Positions 51,239 to 60,192 of a DNA stretch of 64,000 bases are shown one piece after another (position 1 is the first letter of the stretch; every line of letters begins with the position of its first letter). The notes under the pieces were generated by a model. That model was not told where the DNA came from, searched no databases, and saw nothing but the letters and a program-made list of their open reading frames with translations. The translations under genes were made by a program, and so were the position numbers. This stretch comes from Terriglobales bacterium (lineage in GTDB: Bacteria > Acidobacteriota > Terriglobia > Terriglobales > Acidobacteriaceae): the NCBI GenBank assembly GCA_035496875.1, contig DATJEH010000219.1, positions 3,791 to 67,790 of the forward strand, written 5' to 3'.

Positions 51239-52144
51239 ATGCGATTGGCTAGCTGGTTTCTGATGGCAGCGCTGGCAGCAGGCCTGGTCGCCTGCAGCGA
51301 CTCCGGGCCACAGGCGGTGACGCCAGTTCTAGCGGCGTCAGAGCCCACAGGGCCTCCTGTAGCGAGCCCTCCAGCCACTCCACCAAAGGCTGGCGCCGTG
51401 GTGGCCTCCGGTCCCTTACTGGTAGAGGACCAAGTAGATGTCTCCACCCAGCGCGCCGGGGTGGTAGCGCAACTGCTCGTTGATGTGGGCCAGACGGTGC
51501 GCAGGGGAGAGCAGTTGGCCACCCTGGACGACCGCCAACTCACCGCCGAACGCGATGCCGCCCAGGCCCAGGTCCAGGTCGCGCAAGCCAATCTCAAAGA
51601 CTGGCAGGCAGAAACCAGGATGGCGGAAGCCGACTTCCGCCGCGCCGAGGGCATGTTTAAGGCCCAGCTCAACACCCAGGAACAACTTGATCATGCCCGC
51701 TACAAGTGGCAAGGGTCGGTCTATGAAATCGAAAAGGGCCAACAAGAACTGCTCCAGCGGCAGGCTGCTTTACGGGCCGTGAGCCTGGAACTGGAAAAAA
51801 CCCACATTCGCGCTCCCTTCGACGGCGTGATCGCCCGCCGCTACGTACGCCTGGGACAGGAAGTCGCAAGCGGCGACCGCCTCTTCTGGGTCACCGCGGT
51901 AAGGCCTTTGCGAGTCAAATTCACTTTGCCGGAAAAGCTCATCGGACAGGTCAAGCGCGGGCAGATGCTGAGCGTGAGCTGCCTTGATGAACCGGGCGCA
52001 ACGCACCAGGCCCGGGTTCTCCAGGTAAGTCCGGTGGTGGACCCTTCCAGCGGAACCTTCGAGGTGCTCGCCCAGTTGGTGAATCCCGGCCCTAATCTCC
52101 GTCCGGGAATGACGGCTAACATCCGGCTTGGGAACGTGCGATGA
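51239..52144 (+). CDS. HlyD/MFP-family periplasmic adaptor lipoprotein
   Basis: GAGGAGGAG SD. Lipobox LAAGLVAC|SD. STQRAGVVAQLLVDVGQTVRRGEQLATLDD, coiled coil, IRAPFDGVIARRYV. Confidence 0.8.
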   Translation: MRLASWFLMAALAAGLVACSDSGPQAVTPVLAASEPTGPPVASPPATPPKAGAVVASGPLLVEDQVDVSTQRAGVVAQLLVDVGQTVRRGEQLATLDDRQLTAERDAAQAQVQVAQANLKDWQAETRMAEADFRRAEGMFKAQLNTQEQLDHARYKWQGSVYEIEKGQQELLQRQAALRAVSLELEKTHIRAPFDGVIARRYVRLGQEVASGDRLFWVTAVRPLRVKFTLPEKLIGQVKRGQMLSVSCLDEPGATHQARVLQVSPVVDPSSGTFEVLAQLVNPGPNLRPGMTANIRLGNVR

Positions 52145-54288
52145 ACATTCTCGAGGCCCTGGAAGTTGCTCTTCCAGAGCTCCCGGGCCGCACAGGTAAG
52201 CCGCGCTATCCCCAGCTTGACTCGCGGGTGATCGCCCGCGAACACGTCGAGCAGGGCGCTCCGACGGTACTGGCCAAGATGCCGGGGGCGGAAAACTTTA
52301 TCCGTCTTCCGCCGTCGCAATGGAAGCTGGTCCAGTTGTTCGACGGACAGCGCTCCTACCAGGACATTAGCAAGCAGTCCACCGCGGTTGCCGGGGCGTT
52401 CTACTCCGAAGACGAAGTACGCCATCTGGCCGATTTCTTTCAGGACAATACCAATTTCTTCTACAAGACCCCGCTGGAAGAAAACGTCACGCTGCACGAC
52501 AAGCTGCGCAGCCAGCGCCAGCACCGCCGTAGCCGCTTTAGCGACCTGGGGGAAGTGCCCCTGCTGGAATGGAAGAATGCGGACGATTATCTCAGCCGCA
52601 TTCAGCCCAGACTTAAATTCATTTACACGCGCTGGTTTACGCTGCTGACGCTGGGCATGTTCGCCCTCATGCTCTATCTCTGGATGGACCGTTTTCAGGA
52701 GATCTGGCGCGACAGCTTCGAGTACTACAACTTTACCGATAAAGGGCTTTCTGACCTCGTCGAGTTCTGGTTCTTTTTCGGGGTGATGGCGTTCATTCAC
52801 GAAACCGCCCATGGCCTGACCTGCAAAAACTACGGCGGCAGAGTGGAGAAGATGGGCTTCATCCTGATGTACTTTGCGCCCACTTTCTACTGCGATGTCA
52901 CCCAGATCTGGATCTACGGCGACCGCTGGGAGCGGGTGGCCACGGTTATCGCCGGTATCTGGGCCGACCTGATGATTTGTGTGGTGGCCACGATCGTCTG
53001 GTGGGCCACTCCCGTGGGCATGCCCAGCCACGACCTCGCCTACAAGGTGATGATGGTCACCGGCATCGGAGTCAGCCTGCTCAACCTGAATCCGCTCATC
53101 AAGCTGGATGGCTACTATCTGTTTTCCGAACTTACGGGAGAAGTGGACCTCAAGGAAACCACCACGGCTTACGTGTCGTCGTGGGTGCGAAGAAACATTT
53201 TTTGCCTTCCTGTGGAAATTGAATGGGTTCCGCGCCGGCGGCGGGTCTTCTACCTGATTTACGCCCTGCTCTCTGGGGTTTACAGCTACGGCCTGCTGGT
53301 GGTGGTTGTCCTTTTCGTTTATCACGTGCTCCGGTCGTACTCGCCGGAATGGGCCTTCGTACCCGCCCTGATCATTGCCTATTTCATGTTTCGCAAGCGC
53401 ATTTGGAGCTCGCTCACTCTTATGAAGGCAGCTTATCTGGACAAAAAAGAACGGCTTCGGAAATGGCTTTCCCCTCCCCGCCTGGTGGCCATCACCGTAG
53501 TGGCAGCGCTGGTCTTGCTCGCTCCGGTGTGGCCGGAGTTCGTGCGCGCCCAGTTCCTTGTGGAACCGCTCCGGCGGGCCATCATCCGCGCCCAGGTTCC
53601 CGGACAGGTGGAGCGGGTGTTTATCCAGGAAGGAGAACGGGTGCAGGCCGGCCAGCCGGTGGCGCAACTGAGCAACCTGGCGCTGCAATCACAGGCGGCC
53701 CGGGTCCATTCCGACCTGGAAATCGCAACCGCTGGCGCTGTCCAGGCCCAACTCCGCTATTCAGGGATGGCTTCGGCCGGGCATTTGCGTGACCAACTGA
53801 CCCAACAGGACCATCTGCTTAGCCAGCAGCTAGCCGCACTGCGGGTGCTGTCCCCCATCTCCGGAGTGGTTACCACCCCGCGCCCCGGCGACCTGCACGG
53901 CTCCTATTTGCGGGCAGGCAGCGAGGTGGCTGAGATCGCCGAGATGTCCACTATGCAGGCGCGTATCTTTGTGCCCGAGTTCGCCATGCGCGACGTCCGG
54001 CTAGGGGCTCCGGTCCATCTTCTGCCCAGCTCAAGAACCGGCTCCATCGCCGGAAAGCTCGACGCCGTTGCTCCCGCCAGCACTCAGACGGACCCCAGTT
54101 TCGTTGAAACAAGCAATCTGAAGGGCATCAATCTGCCCGACTACTATCTGGCCACGGTTCGTTTTCCTAATCCGGGAACGGCGCGAGAAGGCGAGACAGG
54201 TACGGCCAAGATCTTCGTCCGGCGCCGCAGTTTGGCAGGCTTCACCTGGGAATATGTGCGCGACATGGTCACCCACCGTTTGTGGTGA
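52141..54288 (+). CDS. PqqD/RRE-like domain + M50 (site-2-protease type) intramembrane metalloprotease + HlyD-type membrane-fusion module
   Basis: ATGA overlap with the upstream gene. ENFIRLPPSQWKLVQLFDGQRSYQDI; HETAHG (HExxH); NLNPLIKLDGYY (NxxPxxxLDG). C-terminal IRAQVPGQVERVFIQEGERVQAGQPVAQLSN and VLSPISGVVTTP. Confidence 0.8.
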   Translation: MNILEALEVALPELPGRTGKPRYPQLDSRVIAREHVEQGAPTVLAKMPGAENFIRLPPSQWKLVQLFDGQRSYQDISKQSTAVAGAFYSEDEVRHLADFFQDNTNFFYKTPLEENVTLHDKLRSQRQHRRSRFSDLGEVPLLEWKNADDYLSRIQPRLKFIYTRWFTLLTLGMFALMLYLWMDRFQEIWRDSFEYYNFTDKGLSDLVEFWFFFGVMAFIHETAHGLTCKNYGGRVEKMGFILMYFAPTFYCDVTQIWIYGDRWERVATVIAGIWADLMICVVATIVWWATPVGMPSHDLAYKVMMVTGIGVSLLNLNPLIKLDGYYLFSELTGEVDLKETTTAYVSSWVRRNIFCLPVEIEWVPRRRRVFYLIYALLSGVYSYGLLVVVVLFVYHVLRSYSPEWAFVPALIIAYFMFRKRIWSSLTLMKAAYLDKKERLRKWLSPPRLVAITVVAALVLLAPVWPEFVRAQFLVEPLRRAIIRAQVPGQVERVFIQEGERVQAGQPVAQLSNLALQSQAARVHSDLEIATAGAVQAQLRYSGMASAGHLRDQLTQQDHLLSQQLAALRVLSPISGVVTTPRPGDLHGSYLRAGSEVAEIAEMSTMQARIFVPEFAMRDVRLGAPVHLLPSSRTGSIAGKLDAVAPASTQTDPSFVETSNLKGINLPDYYLATVRFPNPGTAREGETGTAKIFVRRRSLAGFTWEYVRDMVTHRLW

Positions 54289-54291
54289 GCC

Positions 54292-54328
54292 CAAACACAA
54301 AAAAAGGCCGCGCCCAGCAGGCGCGGCC
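54292..54328 (-). terminator. rho-independent terminator of the small Lys/Ala-rich gene
   Basis: Minus strand GGCCGCGCC-TGCTG-GGCGCGGCC followed by TTTTTTTGTGTTTGG. Confidence 0.8.
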
Positions 54329-54353
54329 CTAGACGAAGAGGCGTGAGGCCAGC

Positions 54354-54578
54354 TTAGAACCTTACTTTTGCCGTCATCTTGGCGCCGACCTTCGCCGCCA
54401 GCTTGGCTCCGATCTTGGGAGCTGCCTTTGCCATGACCTTCGGGGCCGCCTTGGGCGCGACTTTCGGGGCAACCTTCGGCGTGACGCTGGCGGTCGCAAA
54501 ATCTCTTTCCGGGCTGGCCACAATGGCCTTGGTCACGGCTGCGCGCTGGCTGATCAAAGACTTTTTCTGCACCGACAT
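54354..54578 (-). CDS. 74-aa Lys/Ala-rich cationic protein (histone-H1-like repeats or amphipathic peptide precursor)
   Basis: AAGGAGAA SD 5 nt before the ATG, with its own terminator. PKVAPKVAPKAAPKVMAKAAPKIGAKLAAKVGAKMTAKVRF. Confidence 0.75.
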   Translation of the reverse strand: MSVQKKSLISQRAAVTKAIVASPERDFATASVTPKVAPKVAPKAAPKVMAKAAPKIGAKLAAKVGAKMTAKVRF

Positions 54579-54647
54579 TTAGTTCTCCTTGGCTTGTAGT
54601 TTTTGATCCGCCACCGCCTTCAGGCCAGCGCGGACGTTCTTCCTTTA

Positions 54648-54663
54648 TGCACCGCGAATGCCA
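54648..54663 (-). promoter_or_regulatory. candidate sigma-54 (-24/-12) promoter for the Lys/Ala-rich gene
   Basis: Minus strand TGGCATTCGCGGTGCA. GG and GC have the canonical 12-nt register. About 70 nt upstream of the ATG, directly downstream of the sigma-54 activator gene. Confidence 0.5.
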
Positions 54664-54832
54664 AACTCCAGCCGTCTCCGGCTCAAGCATCTTAGGGTTG
54701 TACTTTCAGTGACTTGCAAAGGATTGCCGTGCAGGCCTCGATCACAGAAGCGAACCCCTCCCCAAGGCAACAATTAAATTTTCAAATCGGGCGAGATGAA
54801 TTTTTAAAGTAGCCGGGGAGAGAAATGAATTT

Positions 54833-56239
<1,407 letters not shown>

Positions 56240-56356
56240 GCTTTCTCCGTGCTGGCGGTGGAGCCCGCCGTAGGGGCGACATTATGTCAAAAATTAACCT
56301 CTATGGCATTAAATTTTAGCCACCGGGGCGAATCACCCCTTTTCCCAAGTCGCTTA

Positions 56357-56385
56357 TTGCAACCCGGGCACACTTCCCGTATCTT
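56357..56385 (+). promoter_or_regulatory. candidate sigma-70 promoter of the STAS/kinase pair
   Basis: TTGCAA, 17 nt, TATCTT. Confidence 0.35.
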
Positions 56386-56442
56386 GGGCGACGCCTTTCT
56401 TCAGCGGCGGACGGCATGTCCCCGCTTCGGCACGAGGAAGCC

Positions 56443-56781
56443 ATGGACATCAATATGCAGCGGCGGTCACAGGTTGAGATCATCCAGTTGCGCGGCCCCC
56501 TGCGCCTGGGCCCGGCGGTCAACGAATTCCGCCAGGCGCTGGACCAGTCCCTCAGTAATGGCGACACCCGCATCGTTCTCGACCTGGCCGAAGTCCCCAT
56601 GATTGATTCCAGCGGCATTGGCGTGCTCATGAAGTCGCTGGCCTCCGCCCGCCAGCGCGGGGGCAACATCAAGCTGGTGAATCCCTCCAAATTTGCCGTC
56701 CAGACCCTGCGCATGGTGGGCCTGCTCAACCTGTTTGAGGTCTTTGCCGACGCGGACGCGGCTGTGGCTTCCTTCGCCTAA
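56443..56781 (+). CDS. STAS-domain anti-sigma-factor antagonist
   Basis: GAGGAAG SD before ATG 56443. MIDSSGIGVLMKSL contains the conserved phosphorylatable Ser context. Confidence 0.85.
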   Translation: MDINMQRRSQVEIIQLRGPLRLGPAVNEFRQALDQSLSNGDTRIVLDLAEVPMIDSSGIGVLMKSLASARQRGGNIKLVNPSKFAVQTLRMVGLLNLFEVFADADAAVASFA

Positions 56782-56789
56782 GCCCACCG

Positions 56790-57227
56790 ATGTCGCCCAC
56801 ACCCACTCCCGGCGCGAACCACTCCGGCCTGCGGCGCCAGCTTAGTCTGGCCATCCCTGCAGACGCAGAGCAAATCGCCCAGGCTACGGACGCTGTTCTG
56901 GCCTGCTTGGCGAACCTGAAGGTCGAAGGAGAGAAAAGCATGGCCATCGGCCTGGCGGTACAGGAAGCATTAGCCAACGCGGTGACCCACGGCTGCCAGA
57001 ATGACGCCTCAAAGATGGTGCAATGTGAGCTTAGCTGTGATGAGGACGGCCATATACTGATTGTGGTTACCGATCCCGGCCCCGGCTTCGATTTCTCCGC
57101 TGCCCCTAAGCCTGTGGTCCAGGACGTTTACAACGACCACGGCCGGGGCGTCTTTCTCATCCGCCAACTCATGGACGAGGTCAGCTTCGAGCGCGGCGGC
57201 AGCATCATCCAGATGTGGAAATTTTGA
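56790..57227 (+). CDS. RsbW/SpoIIAB-like anti-sigma factor Ser kinase (HATPase_c)
   Basis: QEALANAVTHG N-box, VTDPGPGFD G1-box, GRGVFLIRQLMDEV. Confidence 0.8.
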   Translation: MSPTPTPGANHSGLRRQLSLAIPADAEQIAQATDAVLACLANLKVEGEKSMAIGLAVQEALANAVTHGCQNDASKMVQCELSCDEDGHILIVVTDPGPGFDFSAAPKPVVQDVYNDHGRGVFLIRQLMDEVSFERGGSIIQMWKF

Positions 57228-57235
57228 GAACCGGG

Positions 57236-57300
57236 GTCAGAAGTCAGTAGTCCGGAGTCAGTAACACACCCGCCACGCAGCAAGGGTGTTGCTGACTACC
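57236..57300. repeat. heptamer-phased hairpin element downstream of the kinase gene
   Basis: GTCAG/GTCCG at 57236, 57243, 57250, 57257. AGTCAGTAACACACCC pairs with GGGTGTTGCTGACT (57256-57297). Confidence 0.65.
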
Positions 57301-57349
57301 GATTTACCTGTTGTTGAAGTATCGCTTGGTGGTGCGAAGGAAGGTGTCA

Positions 57350-57605
57350 GCCAAAAATTAAAAGGGCTGCGACATTGGTTACGTTCTAGCCACCGACTCT
57401 TGCGAGGGAGCCGGCAGCGTGGATACGTGCACCATCGCAGCCCCTGACGCGATCACCGCTTTCGCGGTTCCAGACCCCGACTTCTCCTCGCAGAGCCGTC
57501 GGTTTTTTCGGGTCCAGTTACCCAGCGGGTTGCCCCGCCTGGTTAATCACCCAGCTTACTTCGGACTGGCCAATTTGATTTAACCAACCCTTTCAGCCGT
57601 CGACG
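57350..57605 (-). ncRNA. candidate structured non-coding RNA of about 255 nt, family not recognised
   Basis: ORF-free gap. Minus-strand promoter TTGACT-17-TACCTT (57640-57612). Three GNRA-capped hairpins (57522-57542 GCAA, 57455-57468 GAAA, 57393-57414 GCAA). Closing 9-bp stem 57364-57372/57435-57443 followed by UUUUAAUUUUU. Confidence 0.4.
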
Positions 57606-57798
57606 CAAGTGAAGGTAAGGGCAACCACAAAAAAAGTCAACGCCGTTTGTTGGTGCAATACGTCCTCAGATTGCATTTATCGTTAGACGCGCAATCTGCT
57701 GAGCCGTTTCCATTTGCCGCGGCGCAGGAGCGCTCTCCCTAGTTTTCCACAACGTTTTGCACAATTCTTGTGGCTTATGGGATCGCCCTACAACCCGC

Positions 57799-58641
57799 CT
57801 AGCGATTTGAAACTAGTGTGTTCGTCTGTCGGTTGAGCAGGTTAGCCGCCTGCGCCAGAGTCAGGTGGGAGGAGACGCGGCGGTAATCGGACCGGATATC
57901 CTTCTCGCGCACGGCGATGGTCTTGAAAAAGAGCGCCTTGCCATTCATTCGGACGTTCATGTAGGTCACGTCCCACACTCCAGGAGCAATCTGCTCCTGC
58001 TTGACGTCAAAGGTGCCGCCCTTATCAAGATGACCCAGAAGACCGCCGGCAAACTTCACCTCCTGGTTCAAATGTCCTTGAATTCCGGCCAGGCGCTGCT
58101 GGCGGACGTCCAGCCAGAGTGACCCAACCATGTCATGGAATACGGTGGCCTTGCGGGACTGAGGGTGAAATTTGGGGTTGGGCTTGAAATTCAGCTTTAC
58201 TATTCCATCCTTGCGTTCGGCGTAGGAGTACAAGAACGCGTCGGGCAGCATTTGCAGGAGTTGCTGCGCCTGCTGCACGTCATTGCGGGTGGCTTCCTGG
58301 TTCTTGCGCTGCTCGGCGGGATCGGTGAGGAGCTTGTGCAGCCGCTCATCCTCTTTTCTCCGCTGATCCGGTGTCAGTGGGCGACCGTTGACGGCCAAGA
58401 GCCGTCGCAGCCAACCATGCGGCGTTTCCGCGACCTCCTCGGTTTTCATTTCGCCGCCGGATTGCGACTGCTGCAGGCGGAACATCCAGTAGCTGTTATC
58501 TTGCTTTTCCGCCTGGACCTCGTGGGCAATCACCCGGCGAACCAGTTGGCTGGCTGACTCTTGTGGGCGGCCTTGGGCGGCCGCACCCAGGACAAGCAGA
58601 GTTGCCGAAACCCAGCTTGCCCATATGGCTGCACGTCCCAT
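57799..58641 (-). CDS. secreted hypothetical protein
   Basis: Signal peptide WVSATLLVLGAAAQG. Balanced composition. No catalytic motif recognised. Confidence 0.6.
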   Translation of the reverse strand: MGRAAIWASWVSATLLVLGAAAQGRPQESASQLVRRVIAHEVQAEKQDNSYWMFRLQQSQSGGEMKTEEVAETPHGWLRRLLAVNGRPLTPDQRRKEDERLHKLLTDPAEQRKNQEATRNDVQQAQQLLQMLPDAFLYSYAERKDGIVKLNFKPNPKFHPQSRKATVFHDMVGSLWLDVRQQRLAGIQGHLNQEVKFAGGLLGHLDKGGTFDVKQEQIAPGVWDVTYMNVRMNGKALFFKTIAVREKDIRSDYRRVSSHLTLAQAANLLNRQTNTLVSNR

Positions 58642-58689
58642 TGTGCATTTAGAGGACAGTACTCAGGCAATTGTTGCCGTGGCCGGGAA

Positions 58690-59559
58690 CTATCGCAGGG
58701 CGGCGTAACTAGAAGCGCCAGCTCGGCGGGAACTCATACGCAGAATGCCGACCGCCGCCGCGTCGCGAACCGCCGGCTTACTATCGTCGAGAGCGAATTC
58801 CAGCCAGTGCTGCGTGCCGGGCCGCCCCATCCTGCCCAGGGCCATGGCTGCGGCCGCGCGCACCGACCAATCCCGGTCCATCAGCGCTGCCTTGAGTGCC
58901 AGCATGGTGGCCTTATCGGGGCGGCGCGAGAGCAGGTCGGCGCACGCGACCCGTGCCGGGTCGGTTCCGGCTGAGAACTGTTGCTTGGCCAGGCCTACGC
59001 CCATGGACAGCGGTCCGGGCAAAAATTCACCGGCGCCCTTTTCCGCCCCCATGGCAACCAGCGCTTTCTTGTCCTCGAGCTGGCGTTTGGCCTGGCGCTT
59101 ATGGCTGGCCACGAAGCCGTCCTTGGTTCCCTTGTCGCCTTGCAGAACTTCGAGCAAAACTCGCCGTCCGGCATTGTCGCCCAGCTGCCAAAGAGACTTG
59201 GCCGCCGCGAAGCTGACCTGCGGCGCTTCATCGTCCAGAGCCCTGCGCAACGCCGGAATCGCTGCTCGCGATTTCATTTCGCCCAGGGTAGCGGCGGCTT
59301 GCGCCCGCACATCCGGATCTTTGTCCTTCAAAACGGCTGCGACCAGGCGAACACCTTTGGGGTTGGGGCCCAGGTCGGCCAGAGCCTTCAGGGCAATGAT
59401 GCGTTCGGTGAATTTCTTTGCGTTCACCCCATCGGTCAGAGTTCGCCAGGCCCGCTCCGCCGGGGTTTCCACTTTGTGCAGCTTGTCCACCCCAGCAGCG
59501 GGAAGGACGCTCCCTAAAACCAGCAAAACCAGCCATCCACACACGATCGCGGCGCGCAT
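58690..59559 (-). CDS. secreted HEAT-repeat protein
   Basis: Signal peptide, then repeated D.D..VR..AA.ALG units (DKDPDVRAQAAATLGEM, DRDWSVRAAAAMALGRM, DSKPAVRDAAAVGI). Confidence 0.75.
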   Translation of the reverse strand: MRAAIVCGWLVLLVLGSVLPAAGVDKLHKVETPAERAWRTLTDGVNAKKFTERIIALKALADLGPNPKGVRLVAAVLKDKDPDVRAQAAATLGEMKSRAAIPALRRALDDEAPQVSFAAAKSLWQLGDNAGRRVLLEVLQGDKGTKDGFVASHKRQAKRQLEDKKALVAMGAEKGAGEFLPGPLSMGVGLAKQQFSAGTDPARVACADLLSRRPDKATMLALKAALMDRDWSVRAAAAMALGRMGRPGTQHWLEFALDDSKPAVRDAAAVGILRMSSRRAGASSYAALR

Positions 59560-59650
59560 GGCCGGTTAGAGTACTGCCGGACGGGCGAGAGTTGCAAGCC
59601 AGGTGCTCCGCCGGTGCTGGACTTCAAGAAAACTGCGACAGCCAGGGCTG

Positions 59651-60172
59651 ATGCCGAATCCTTTACCTATGCCAACCCGCGTTGAGCGCCGCACCGTGGA
59701 CCTCTCCGGCTACCCTGACCTGGTGGTGATCTACCTGGGGATGCGGGTGAATCGCCTGGCCGGGATGAAAACCCTGCTCGGGTTTGGGCCTAGAATTTCT
59801 TCCTCCGCCACGGCCCAGCCCGAGGGCCTGCTCCGCCATGAGAACGTTATCTATTCCCTCTTTCCCATGCACGTCGGCATGCGCCAATACTGGCGCGACC
59901 CCGACTCCTTGCTGAAGTGGACCCGCTCCGACCCCCACCGCCAGTGGTGGCAGAGCTTCCTGAAGAACTCCGGGGGCACCGGCTTCTGGCATGAAACCTA
60001 TTTCCGCCGTGGCGGCATGGAAGCCATCTATGACGATGTGCCCAAGCCTATCGGGTTTATGACCTTTGCCCCGGTTGTGCCTGCTCGCGGCCCCATGTTT
60101 GGCGCGGCCGCCCGGGGGGGCAAGGAATTTGCCGCCCAGCCCGTTCTGTCGGAAAAGGATTTGTATGGCTAG
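59651..60172 (+). CDS. DUF4188-like protein
   Basis: LVVIYLGMRVN...LLRHE...MRQYWRD...L..W......H..WW pattern recalled for this family. Recognition from memory only. Confidence 0.6.
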   Translation: MPNPLPMPTRVERRTVDLSGYPDLVVIYLGMRVNRLAGMKTLLGFGPRISSSATAQPEGLLRHENVIYSLFPMHVGMRQYWRDPDSLLKWTRSDPHRQWWQSFLKNSGGTGFWHETYFRRGGMEAIYDDVPKPIGFMTFAPVVPARGPMFGAAARGGKEFAAQPVLSEKDLYG

Positions 60173-60192
60173 CGGCCGACTACCGCTTTTTG

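Noticed and set aside
54716-54728. Second sigma-54-like pattern CGGCAA-N4-TTGCA on the minus strand.
   Set aside because: The GG-to-GC distance is 11 rather than 12 nt. The site at 54648-54663 has the correct register.
57350-57640. Candidate RNA identified as RNase P RNA, tmRNA, SRP RNA, 6S RNA or a riboswitch.
   Set aside because: It is too short for RNase P and lacks GAGGAAAGUCC/ACAGAA-type cores in the right order. There is no tRNA-like 3' end or tag ORF for tmRNA and no SRP domain IV loop pattern. No downstream gene lies on that strand for a riboswitch. It is kept as an unclassified candidate.
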